This document shows, piece after piece, positions 1 to 9,335 of a DNA stretch of 64,000 nt. The translations under genes and the position numbers were made by a program. The DNA is taken from the sequence record MZ444140.1; one strand, written 5' to 3'. Below the pieces are notes generated by a model. That model made no database searches, was not told where the DNA came from, and saw only the letters and a program-made list of their open reading frames with translations. Position 1 is the stretch's first letter. Every line of letters starts with the position of its first letter.

Positions 1-1491
1 GATGATAAAGCCTACAACGGTCAAAGAATACTTATATCCCATTACCAGGCGCAAGATAAAATAATTGATCTATTAAGAAGCGGTATATTCAAAGGTAAGA
101 ACATTACGGTGATTCTGGATGAATCACACAATATGAACGATCCTAATTCTGCACAATCTCTTAAGTTCCAGCAAATATGTTTTATGTCTAACTCTAATAA
201 CAGATTATTAGCGTCAGGTACCCCTGTTAAAGCACTTGGTTCTGAATTAGTAAGTGCATTAAGAGTATTAGACGATCTCTTCACCAATGAGGTTGAAGAA
301 CGTTTTAAGAAAGCATTTGGAAAAGAGACACAGAAAGGATTAGATATTGTCCAACATCGCTTTGGGTTAATTGCGTACGTCATTGAAAAGAAAGATACTG
401 AGGTTTTACCACCGAGGATAAAAGCGTATCGTATCAAGATACCAAATGGATCACAGTATACTCTTAATGCCATTAAACGTGATTGTGAAGCTTTTATTAG
501 AGAACGTGTAAAGTTCTATGCTGCGCGCCGACCAGAAGATGAGAAGTATTGGGCTAAACTAATGGTGATACACGAGAACTCTCTTAAGACCCAGGCGCAG
601 AAAGATGGTTTCGCTCGCTATAAGAATTTGATTAAAATAATTCAGAAGAATCAAGACCCGCGATACATTGGTGAAGAAATTAAAGAATCTAACCAATATG
701 AAAAAATGTTTATAGAGCCAACTTTACCTCGTAATGAAATAGCTGCTTTTAGAGATATTAAATCAGTTATAAAATACGTTATGCTAAAGATACAAGGTGA
801 ATGTTTGGGAAGGGTTTTAGGTGCTAAACGCATTCAGTGCCATGTGGACATGGTACCGTATATTGACTGGGTTGGTATCACTGAATCAACTATGAAGAAA
901 ACGATTGCATTTACATCGTTTGTTGAGGTTGTTGATACTGTTGATAAGTACACCAATAAATTAGGTATGCATCCGGCGGTGGTGTATGGTAAAACCAATG
1001 ACAATTTACCTCAAATAATCAGTAGATTTGAGAAAGACCCTAAATTAAATCCATTGGTAGCTACATATGCTTCCCTTTCAACAGCGGTCCGTATGACGAT
1101 GGCTGATACTATGGTGACAATTAATTCACCGTTTAGGCATTACATTCTAGAACAAGCTATTGCTCGAATTTACCGTAAAGGTCAGGATTCACAAACAGTC
1201 GTATATCAATGTACTCTCGATACAGAAGATGAACCGAATATCTCAACAAGGTCAGATGACATTCTAAAATGGAGTCAGGCAATGGTTGAAGCTATTATGG
1301 GTATTAAATCTCCATTTGAGATCACAGAGTCATTAGAAAGTTATGTTGATAAAAATAATAATTTTGATGAAAATAAAATCATTTATCAGATGCTAAAAGA
1401 ATCATTTGAGAAGTATGACATCGCAATTGATTTTAATGACTTTGATACACGTATGTATAAACCATATCAGCCCGCATATATGCGGTTTTAA
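1..1491 (+). CDS. SNF2-like SF2 (DExH) helicase, 5'-truncated by window edge (phiKZ gp203-like)
   Basis: Frame is open from base 1. Walker B VILDESH, motif III ASGTP, motif VI QAIARIYRKGQ. Confidence 0.85.
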   Translation, partial: DDKAYNGQRILISHYQAQDKIIDLLRSGIFKGKNITVILDESHNMNDPNSAQSLKFQQICFMSNSNNRLLASGTPVKALGSELVSALRVLDDLFTNEVEERFKKAFGKETQKGLDIVQHRFGLIAYVIEKKDTEVLPPRIKAYRIKIPNGSQYTLNAIKRDCEAFIRERVKFYAARRPEDEKYWAKLMVIHENSLKTQAQKDGFARYKNLIKIIQKNQDPRYIGEEIKESNQYEKMFIEPTLPRNEIAAFRDIKSVIKYVMLKIQGECLGRVLGAKRIQCHVDMVPYIDWVGITESTMKKTIAFTSFVEVVDTVDKYTNKLGMHPAVVYGKTNDNLPQIISRFEKDPKLNPLVATYASLSTAVRMTMADTMVTINSPFRHYILEQAIARIYRKGQDSQTVVYQCTLDTEDEPNISTRSDDILKWSQAMVEAIMGIKSPFEITESLESYVDKNNNFDENKIIYQMLKESFEKYDIAIDFNDFDTRMYKPYQPAYMRF

Positions 1492-1502
1492 AGGAGACAG
1501 AA

Positions 1503-1973
1503 ATGTCTGATCCACATTCATCTAATACTGGTGAAGATCTTATTCTTGGGCCTGAAGCCACCAGTGAAGAAATGTATAATGCGATTTTAAGGTGGGTTGA
1601 CAAAGTAACAACCATCCTAGAATCTGGTGGTGGCCCTGGTCCAGGTCCTAGTACTGGTTTAAAACCAATTCTATTTCAAACTGGTACATTAAACCCAGGA
1701 GATGTAGTTACTTATGATCTTTCCAAAGTTATTACTTCTATGGGTGATTATACTCTGGCTACAGCCATCGTTGATCTCAAGATTATCGACCCTGAAACTA
1801 CTAGTCCTACTAGTGGTAAGCTTATTAGCGCTTCTGCTAGTATTGGTTGGGATCTCGATTCATCTACAGGGATTTTAAATATCCGTGGGTATAGCCTGTC
1901 TGTACCAATCACTTATTATATTCGAGTTGACTCACCTATTAAGACGGCTGATATTCCCGTGTATACCCCGTAA
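1503..1973 (+). CDS. Putative virion structural protein, 156 aa (gp202-like)
   Basis: SD AAGGAG upstream; GGGPGPGP linker followed by a beta-rich domain; co-oriented with its neighbours. Confidence 0.6.
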   Translation: MSDPHSSNTGEDLILGPEATSEEMYNAILRWVDKVTTILESGGGPGPGPSTGLKPILFQTGTLNPGDVVTYDLSKVITSMGDYTLATAIVDLKIIDPETTSPTSGKLISASASIGWDLDSSTGILNIRGYSLSVPITYYIRVDSPIKTADIPVYTP

Positions 1974-1983
1974 GGAGTGAGAA

Positions 1984-3933
1984 ATGCCTTCTATTGTCCC
2001 GTCGCAAGTGCCGGGTCCTGTGGCACTAAACTCTAAAGTTAAATTTAACTTTAGTTCAGATATTCAGAAGGTGTATTATACAGTGAGCCCGGAGTTACCT
2101 CCGGTGCTCTCTGAATACATTGCTTATGATGGTGACCCTGCAACAGGTGGTAGTCCATTTATTGCTGTTGTGCAAGATGGCACTGGTAATGTTCTTTATG
2201 ATTGTAGTTTTCCAAAATTCTATAATTTAAACTATGATACTTACCAAATTCCGGCTAATACAACAAACCCTCAAGATCTATGGGGATGGGTAAGATATTT
2301 TTATAATGCTATTGGGTTTATTAGGAATGGTAGTAAGTACGAATCAACTGGAAAGAAATTCTTAGTAATCACAGATAGTAATCCTAGTGAACCTTATTCA
2401 GTCCTCAATACGTCAGGTAATGGTTTTAAAAAGATACTAGATACGGCTGCTCGTGTACAAGATTCTACCTATGATGTTTATTACCCAGAAATGATGGGTG
2501 GCACAGTAGACCTTACTTTAACAGATCTTAATAAGTATTATGCATGTATTCTATTTTCTACTAAAGATCATAATACTGGCGCATTAACTCCTGAAAGAGT
2601 GAGTCAGGCGACTATCGATAATCTAGCTACTTGGCGTAAATCGGGTAATGGTATCTTTGTTATAACTGATTCTGCTTCAAGAGATTACACTAATATTGAA
2701 GATGCTAAAGAAAATAATGGTAGTTTTGCATTTACCGCTAATAGACTAGCCTTTAATTTTGGTTCTTATTTCTCTGGTGTTGTTGATAGGTCAGATGTTC
2801 AATATACTGTAAATCAGATGCTAAGCTGGTCACCAAAAGCTGCATCATCTGGTTTGTTTACAGGTATGAATAAATCTATTGGTAATGGTCAAGTAACTGA
2901 CTTTGTTATCAAAGGTGATTCAAGTGAAAGTGAGATTAAGCTTGTTACTTTCCCAGCGTATAACAAAGAAGATATTCCTGAATTTACCTTCGATCATACT
3001 GGCGAGTACATTTACAATTTTCTGTGTACGACATCTGAAAATCCTAATAAACCGTATGCTATTTCATTTAGATTCCAAGTTGGTGTAGATGATGGTATCT
3101 TTGTTGCACGTGATAATGGCCAAGCTATTGATACTACTCAGATATTAACAGCTAAGCGTTATTTTGATCTTAATCTAGGTTACTCAAATGGCACTGACCA
3201 TCAGGATTATCTAGGCGATATTCAAATAAATGGCTATTTAGTTGGATCATTCTTATTTAGTCAGGGCATTACTCAGTGGGATCTGATAACTCATGGATCA
3301 ACTCTTTTAATCCATGATAATGATCAGATACGTATTAACGTACGTGTACCTTATACTTACACAATGCAGCATCAAGTGGTACTTAGTTCAAAACCTGCTT
3401 CTCTTTATAATGAAGCATCCCTTATAGGTACAATGGCATGGGATGATTATAAAGGGATAAGTAAAGCTAAAATTTATGAATATATTAATCTTAGCATGAC
3501 CAAGTATATGTATCGTGTAGCGAATGCATATAAGAATAACATTAATATAAAACCAATAGTATTGACTGCATTACGTCGTACATTCCTTGGTGAGACATTG
3601 AATACAGCTAATGTATATGTTTATGATAATAACTCCACATGGGGTAAACTATCACAACGTGTCCAGAACGGACGACATGGTGATATTGTTATCTTTGCAG
3701 ATACTTCTAAAGTTGTCCAGTATGATGAACTGGCTTCAACACCTGGCTGGTATGTAATGAAAGATCCAGGATTAGCTGATGTAACAGTAGCTAAACTAGT
3801 TCCATTCTTTGGAAATAACCGAGCTATTAAAAATAGGTTAAAGACTGGTGACATTCTTGATGAGACCACTGGTCAACCAATTTCTTTCCATGCTAATTGG
3901 AAAATAGAAAATGATAAACTTGTAAAAGTTTAA
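1984..3933 (+). CDS. Putative virion structural protein, 649 aa (gp201-like)
   Basis: SD AAGGAG; long ORF rich in T/S/N/Y/G; central alpha/beta segment. Function is inferred from synteny. Confidence 0.6.
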   Translation: MPSIVPSQVPGPVALNSKVKFNFSSDIQKVYYTVSPELPPVLSEYIAYDGDPATGGSPFIAVVQDGTGNVLYDCSFPKFYNLNYDTYQIPANTTNPQDLWGWVRYFYNAIGFIRNGSKYESTGKKFLVITDSNPSEPYSVLNTSGNGFKKILDTAARVQDSTYDVYYPEMMGGTVDLTLTDLNKYYACILFSTKDHNTGALTPERVSQATIDNLATWRKSGNGIFVITDSASRDYTNIEDAKENNGSFAFTANRLAFNFGSYFSGVVDRSDVQYTVNQMLSWSPKAASSGLFTGMNKSIGNGQVTDFVIKGDSSESEIKLVTFPAYNKEDIPEFTFDHTGEYIYNFLCTTSENPNKPYAISFRFQVGVDDGIFVARDNGQAIDTTQILTAKRYFDLNLGYSNGTDHQDYLGDIQINGYLVGSFLFSQGITQWDLITHGSTLLIHDNDQIRINVRVPYTYTMQHQVVLSSKPASLYNEASLIGTMAWDDYKGISKAKIYEYINLSMTKYMYRVANAYKNNINIKPIVLTALRRTFLGETLNTANVYVYDNNSTWGKLSQRVQNGRHGDIVIFADTSKVVQYDELASTPGWYVMKDPGLADVTVAKLVPFFGNNRAIKNRLKTGDILDETTGQPISFHANWKIENDKLVKV

Positions 3934-3936
3934 CGG

Positions 3937-3968
3937 CATAAGCCCTCCCGCAATGGGAGGGCATTATG
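3937..3968. terminator. Bidirectional hairpin at convergent junction (CATAA-GCCCTCCC-gcaat-GGGAGGGC-A-TTATG)
   Basis: 8-bp GC stem plus outer CATAA/TTATG, between + and - genes. Confidence 0.8.
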
Positions 3969-3973
3969 TTGTT

Positions 3974-4633
3974 TTAACCACGCGTTATATTAAATAACCG
4001 TCTTTTCTGATCAAGTAATAAAATAGCGCTTGTGGTAATTTTAATGTTAAACCTACGTTTAGCTAAACTCTGAGCTACTAGTTCAATAGCATCAACTAGA
4101 TCGATTGATTCTATATCACCTGTATTTTTAGATTTACTAATTGGTTTACTAAGAATTTTCCATCCCTTAGTAAAATTACTAGCTGACGGCTTTTGACCTA
4201 TCTTGCTACGAAAAAATAGTCCAACTAATTTACTAGCTAGTTCACGTGGATCATTAAAATCTGTTTCTGGTGAATGTAAGGTAATATTACTGTTTGCCAG
4301 GAATTCATGGTTCTCCGCACGATCCTCGATGGTTTTAGCACGTGGATCAAAATCCCAACAATTAACAGTTATATTTACGTCATTACCATTACGACGTAGA
4401 TCAATACATCTAATGAAATCAGTCATATCAAACTTACGTTCAACATCACGCATGTCATTAGCAATCTTCTCTAATTCATCGTTATCAGTAATACCAACTT
4501 GCTTAGTAATATCAAAAGTCAAATCGGCTAAAACGGATTGAGGAAAACTGGTTGCGATCAGCAAACGCAGTACGATTTCTGGACGACTTTTTCTATCTTT
4601 GTCGCCTGACATCTTCTCAAAGGTATTAGTCAT
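3974..4633 (-). CDS. Hypothetical protein, 219 aa (gp200-like)
   Basis: ORF track; typical codon usage; ends at the convergent hairpin. Confidence 0.7.
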   Translation of the reverse strand: MTNTFEKMSGDKDRKSRPEIVLRLLIATSFPQSVLADLTFDITKQVGITDNDELEKIANDMRDVERKFDMTDFIRCIDLRRNGNDVNITVNCWDFDPRAKTIEDRAENHEFLANSNITLHSPETDFNDPRELASKLVGLFFRSKIGQKPSASNFTKGWKILSKPISKSKNTGDIESIDLVDAIELVAQSLAKRRFNIKITTSAILLLDQKRRLFNITRG

Positions 4634-4652
4634 GATGGCTATCCCAAAAAGG

Positions 4653-5084
4653 TTAGTTCACACCATTTAAACGCTCCCAGTCATCTAGGGTTGCACGAGC
4701 ATCAAATAGTGCGTTGTGAAGCATTTTAGAACCTTTTCCACTTAGCTCATGATTTAATTCAAATATAGTTGGTAACTCAACAACTTGTTTACCTTTACCC
4801 ATATCCATAGCTTTACCAGTGTAAACCATATCGTTAACATGATTAGCTATAAAATGTAATCGAGCAAACTGACCAAGAAACTTGGCTAGTCTATCATGGA
4901 ATTCTTCTAAAGAGATTGGTTCTTTTTGAAGAATAGGAATAACGTTTTCTTTAACCCATTCATCTTCAATATTGTCATATGGTAGAACTTCGTAGAATTC
5001 ACAACGTCGATCTTCACTAACAATACCGAGTGAAATAAGAGTACCAGTAGGCGTATCAAATTCTGTATCAACAAAAAGTAACAT
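4653..5084 (-). CDS. DEDDh 3'-5' exo(ribo)nuclease (Rv2179c/RNase AS-like)
   Basis: FVDTEF (ExoI), LISLGIV, NHVND (ExoII), HNALFDA (ExoIII). Confidence 0.75.
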   Translation of the reverse strand: MLLFVDTEFDTPTGTLISLGIVSEDRRCEFYEVLPYDNIEDEWVKENVIPILQKEPISLEEFHDRLAKFLGQFARLHFIANHVNDMVYTGKAMDMGKGKQVVELPTIFELNHELSGKGSKMLHNALFDARATLDDWERLNGVN

Positions 5085-5140
5085 AGTAGTTTTCCTTATA
5101 CGAAAGTCTTATCATAACAATAATGCACTTACGTCAAAAA

Positions 5141-5163
5141 GAGAGAACCATGGCGGTTCTCTC
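5141..5163 (-). terminator. Intrinsic terminator hairpin
   Basis: GAGAGAACC-atggc-GGTTCTCTC, followed by a T-run on the minus strand, downstream of 5175-5663. Confidence 0.75.
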
Positions 5164-5174
5164 CTATAAAAGTA

Positions 5175-5663
5175 TTAGACTTTTAGTCCACGAATATTGA
5201 AGATTATTTGACAAGCTGCAATTATTCTATTTCTAGAAATCTTTACAGGAATTTTATAGTGATTGAGTACAGCTTTAGGATTCTCAACACTCATCAATTC
5301 TTTAAGTAATTCGTCGCTAATTTTATTATGTGTCAGGACAAAGGTTGCGACATCGTGGTCCCAGCATCGTTTTATTGCACTACAAGCACGAATATACTTC
5401 TCAGCTAATTCGGGGCTAAAATCTAATGCTTCTAGCCATTTCTTACGACCAGCAGTGTAAATCACTCGTGTACGAGTATTCGATGGGACAGCTACAATAT
5501 AACCTGTACCTGGTGTCCTACGCTCTTCAATGGGTCTGATGTTCCAATCACCAATCATCCTAATTAATGTAGATAGATCATCATTAGCACCATAGTAACC
5601 AATAGGTAAACCTAAACTCACTTGTGTATCTATCTGGTCTACAGTTTGATGTGTAATAACCAT
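5175..5663 (-). CDS. Hypothetical protein, 162 aa
   Basis: ORF track; purine-rich SD-like sequence upstream; followed by a terminator. Confidence 0.7.
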   Translation of the reverse strand: MVITHQTVDQIDTQVSLGLPIGYYGANDDLSTLIRMIGDWNIRPIEERRTPGTGYIVAVPSNTRTRVIYTAGRKKWLEALDFSPELAEKYIRACSAIKRCWDHDVATFVLTHNKISDELLKELMSVENPKAVLNHYKIPVKISRNRIIAACQIIFNIRGLKV

Positions 5664-5771
5664 TGTAGTTCTCTTCCCAATAGGGTTTTATAAACTTCCA
5701 CAAGACTAAACTCCATTATAGCCCTATCAGATTGGGTAATAAAACTTAACAAAAAAAATATTAAACATAAA

Positions 5772-5793
5772 ACCCTCTCCCGAAGGAGAGGGT
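5772..5793 (-). terminator. Intrinsic terminator hairpin
   Basis: ACCCTCTCC-cgaa-GGAGAGGGT, 9-bp stem, 11 bp after the stop of 5805-6167. Confidence 0.8.
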
Positions 5794-5804
5794 AATATAT
5801 AACT

Positions 5805-6167
5805 TTATCCATACATTACGAAAGGTACTTCGTAAACAATTAGATAAGTATACATCAGTTTAAAACCAATGTGTAACCACTGATCTTGATTAAATGTAAT
5901 TTTATTATCACATTTTAAATAATCAATAATGCAATGAGCAATTGCTTCAATAAGTCCTAAAACTAATGAACCAGTGATGAAATAAACTGCACCGCCATGC
6001 ATAAAACTATGCGCGGGTAATACCCATTTCCAGTATAGCGAACCTAGTTCAGTAGTATGATTTTTAGCCTTTGCAATGAAATCATTTTGCAATGAAAAAT
6101 CAAAGATGAAGTGTGCCACAATTAAACCAAAGAATAATGCCATTGAGCTGACACTGATTAATTCCAT
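5805..6167 (-). CDS. DUF3307-like membrane protein
   Basis: Hydrophobic helices with AHFIFDF.LQ, H..MH, H..ID and DQ.LH motifs. Confidence 0.7.
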   Translation of the reverse strand: MELISVSSMALFFGLIVAHFIFDFSLQNDFIAKAKNHTTELGSLYWKWVLPAHSFMHGGAVYFITGSLVLGLIEAIAHCIIDYLKCDNKITFNQDQWLHIGFKLMYTYLIVYEVPFVMYG

Positions 6168-6178
6168 TTTATTTCCGC

Positions 6179-6541
6179 CTAGAAAGGTATTTCATCTTCA
6201 ACAATGTGTGAATAGTCGATATTATGTTTTTTACATAATTCTTTAAACTTATTTAATTTAGTTTCAGTTTCTAATAGATCAGAATGTAACTTTGTCTTAT
6301 AGTTTTTTCCGAAGTCAGCTGGGTTGAATACGGAATTGTAATAAGCATGTATCTCAGAATATTCTTTCTTTATAAAATCAATAAATTTTGGATCATTGCC
6401 GTCGCCAAGATAACTAATTAAATGACCTAGATCATAATTCTGTCGTCTAGCTGCTTTTAATATAAGTTCATTAATCTCAATTAATTCAGACGTATTACAC
6501 CGCCTTCTTTTAAAATATCGGATAACTTTATTAAATAGCAT
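6179..6541 (-). CDS. Hypothetical protein, 120 aa
   Basis: ORF track; tightly packed in a minus-strand operon. Confidence 0.65.
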   Translation of the reverse strand: MLFNKVIRYFKRRRCNTSELIEINELILKAARRQNYDLGHLISYLGDGNDPKFIDFIKKEYSEIHAYYNSVFNPADFGKNYKTKLHSDLLETETKLNKFKELCKKHNIDYSHIVEDEIPF

Positions 6542-6542
6542 A

Positions 6543-6917
6543 TTAAGTAATCCCTAGCCATTGTAAATATCCACTATCACTTAATCCACGATAATAATCA
6601 TCTTTATTTTTACGTAAATAACAATAAACTATTTTACCCATTAATTGATAACTAGTTTCATTATCAAAGATAAATTCTTTTTCTAATCTATTATTACTAT
6701 CCACTAATGAGATTACTACATTACCGTAACGTACTGTTAATTTCACAGTTCTAGTGGAATCAGCATCATGAAAGATATAAGTCAACCCATAATTCAATTC
6801 ATTATTTAATACTTGAATACTAGTAGACCTATCAGATTTAATCTGAAGTGGATGTTCGACAATCGCCTTGAATGCTTTATTGCATAAGAGAATGTTTTGT
6901 ATTTTTAATGAATCCAT
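6543..6917 (-). CDS. Hypothetical protein, 124 aa
   Basis: ORF track; SD AGGT upstream. Confidence 0.65.
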   Translation of the reverse strand: MDSLKIQNILLCNKAFKAIVEHPLQIKSDRSTSIQVLNNELNYGLTYIFHDADSTRTVKLTVRYGNVVISLVDSNNRLEKEFIFDNETSYQLMGKIVYCYLRKNKDDYYRGLSDSGYLQWLGIT

Positions 6918-7066
6918 GACATTACCTGATTTAGTATTTATAATTTACCTATATCGAATTAGAATTAGGTAATAGTGGGTTGACTCAGTAGTCTTCAATC
7001 TAATCAGATCAGTGTTTAGACTGAGATTGAGTATTAAGCTGTAGTGACACTTTAATCAATGACGTA

Positions 7067-7424
7067 TTATGGATTCCCGGCAAGCCAGTTTACTGCACAT
7101 GTTGCTGCTTCATCAAATTGATTCAATGAGAATTTGGTTATCCGAACAGCCTGTGCCATATTAAGAACTTTAAATTCACTATCACCAGACTCAATATAAG
7201 ATATCATGGCATGATGATCATTACTAGTATCATAAACTGCAATGCGGATATCCTTGCCCCTTTCAACCACATATGCGATAGATCGTTTTTGTTACAGGGT
7301 TATCGATGACATTAACTGTTTCACGTAATGTAGCGTCAATCTGGGATGCATTAATATGGGTACTAATAGCATTCAGCAAATAATGCTCAATCTGTCGCCC
7401 TGTTTCAAGAGTTAGAGAACCCAT
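7067..7424 (-). pseudogene. Frameshifted gene of about 118 aa (split into 7263-7424 and 7067-7270)
   Basis: Good SD (AAGGAG) and ATG at 7424; the frame stops at 7263. Removing one T from TTTTT at 7286-7290 joins it in frame to the SD-less downstream ORF. Confidence 0.65.
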
Positions 7425-7436
7425 TGTAATCTCCTT

Positions 7437-7799
7437 TTAGAATCCAATATAATCTAGGAACCCATGGTAATCGAATGTTCGTGTTGGGATACTTGTATCC
7501 GAAAAGAACGTATTTATTTGTTTAGCTAATTCAGTATGGTGATGTGAATTATCTTTGTTGATCTTAGTAACCACTTTCTCATCAAAGAAATAGGTTACGC
7601 ACATATTTAGTGGTTTATCTATATTGATTTCAACAACTACCTTACGAACCGTATCCTCAGACAAGAGTGTACACTTAGCGCCCCACGGTGAAACCTCTAT
7701 TTTAATATCTACATGAGGCTTGAGGTTATCATGATATTTCGTGAGTTCCTTCAATACATCATCCATCGTTTGGATGAGCTTTATATTGGTAATATTCAT
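7437..7799 (-). CDS. Hypothetical protein, 120 aa
   Basis: ORF track; 1-nt TAATG overlap with the upstream gene. Confidence 0.65.
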   Translation of the reverse strand: MNITNIKLIQTMDDVLKELTKYHDNLKPHVDIKIEVSPWGAKCTLLSEDTVRKVVVEINIDKPLNMCVTYFFDEKVVTKINKDNSHHHTELAKQINTFFSDTSIPTRTFDYHGFLDYIGF

Positions 7800-8536
7800 T
7801 ATAACCCCTCATAAATATCCTTTCGTTTTGGATTTATGCCTGCAACCTTGCCTTTACTATTATCGATGTAACAAAGGTATTCATCACAAATGGTAGTCTT
7901 TACAAAAGGAATCAATTGGTTTAGTTCCAATAGAGTGTACTCTTTACCCAAATATTTACACATCTGGGTCAATGGACTACACATCACATTATAAATTCCC
8001 TTAGTATTTTTTAGAGAGAGGTATTCGCCATCAATATCTCTATCATTATTTATCATGTAAATATCACGAATAGGATAATTATCTTTTAATGGTCCGTTAC
8101 CAAACTTAACACCATGTACACCATTGGGTCCATTTAGTAGATAATAACCAGTTGGCACAGACCAATATGTGGTGCCTTTAAATCCTGAAAGTAAACCATA
8201 CGGCTCATGATAATCAGAAGTAAAGCATTGTTCATCATTACAGATGACTTCTTGATACATCGAATAATTAACAAGAATCTGTTTAGTTGGATCACTTGGT
8301 TTAACTAATGGAATAACTGAATATTCTGGATAACTAGTCCATCCGCAACTACCAAGTCCAGATTGTTGGTCGAAGTTACATGGAGCAATTCGCGGAGTAT
8401 GATTAGAGTAGAATAGTGGTACACCATAAAAAGCAAGTGGTTCGTAATTAACACTAGCTTTAGTACACATGCCGATACTAATCAGAAATACCGCACAAAA
8501 TACACGCATCGATAATTTAAACATCAGTGCATCCAC
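7799..8536 (-). CDS. Putative exported Cys-rich protein
   Basis: Signal-peptide-like N-terminus (K/R, hydrophobic core, TKA); 8 Cys after the signal peptide, including three C-x4-6-C hairpins and one C-x9-C pair. Confidence 0.6.
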   Translation of the reverse strand: MDALMFKLSMRVFCAVFLISIGMCTKASVNYEPLAFYGVPLFYSNHTPRIAPCNFDQQSGLGSCGWTSYPEYSVIPLVKPSDPTKQILVNYSMYQEVICNDEQCFTSDYHEPYGLLSGFKGTTYWSVPTGYYLLNGPNGVHGVKFGNGPLKDNYPIRDIYMINNDRDIDGEYLSLKNTKGIYNVMCSPLTQMCKYLGKEYTLLELNQLIPFVKTTICDEYLCYIDNSKGKVAGINPKRKDIYEGL

Positions 8537-9308
8537 CCTCGGTTTCCTTAATTGCCAATTTTACTAATACATTAACCCATGCACCTTCATCGAGCAGCCA
8601 ACCGGCCGCGCCTGTACCATGCTCGGCAAATCCAAGACTATCTAGATAATGTAGCATGAATGTAGTCGGACCAAATCCATATTTCTTATCACATTCATTA
8701 CGTTTAGAAGTATTCCAACCTTGGCGATATATATCCAATACGTCATCAATATAACGCAACTCTGCTTCTGGATGACCACAGCCACACAGGTTAAATAATT
8801 TGCGTGTAATGGTGTTGTATGTATCACTATATTCTTTTTCATTATAATCAATGAAAGAGCCTTCTCGTTTGAATAGTTGCTTATCGGATGCTAAATCATT
8901 AAAATGACCAGGGTAATCTTGAGATGGAAGTGCACCTAGCGCCATTAGTATAATAACGCGCGGGTCTTTACGTTCAACTGATTCAATGAGTACTTCAAAG
9001 TTAAGTTCTCGTTGCACCACATTGTTATTGCTGTTGATATTATTCAGCAGAATGTCCATAGCTTCTTGACCATGCCAACTACGGATGTTAGGTTGGTTAT
9101 TAGTATAACCAGTAATGGTCAATTGGTTAGCTGTATTTGATTCACCAACAGTAACATGTAGGTAATAAGGACATTGTTCTAATTTCTTAGTAATATCAGT
9201 TGAAAATTTATTACCCTCAAGTAGTCCAATATCGCCATGACCGATATACAAACAGATACCTTCAGTAGAAGGTTGAGTGGTGTAGTTAAAGTTCAAGGAT
9301 TTAAACAT
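8517..9308 (-). CDS. Hypothetical protein, 263 aa, with C-terminal CGCG...EHG domain
   Basis: ORF track; SD GAGGA; motifs LCGCGHPE and LDSLGFAEHG..GWL. Confidence 0.65.
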   Translation of the reverse strand: MFKSLNFNYTTQPSTEGICLYIGHGDIGLLEGNKFSTDITKKLEQCPYYLHVTVGESNTANQLTITGYTNNQPNIRSWHGQEAMDILLNNINSNNNVVQRELNFEVLIESVERKDPRVIILMALGALPSQDYPGHFNDLASDKQLFKREGSFIDYNEKEYSDTYNTITRKLFNLCGCGHPEAELRYIDDVLDIYRQGWNTSKRNECDKKYGFGPTTFMLHYLDSLGFAEHGTGAAGWLLDEGAWVNVLVKLAIKETEGGCTDV

Positions 9309-9335
9309 ACTCTTTCCTCTATTATAAATGATTAG

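Noticed and set aside
5792-5799. TATATTAC on the minus strand as a fourth early promoter
   Set aside because: It overlaps a terminator stem and lacks the upstream A-tract/AGAT block shared by the three aligned promoters.
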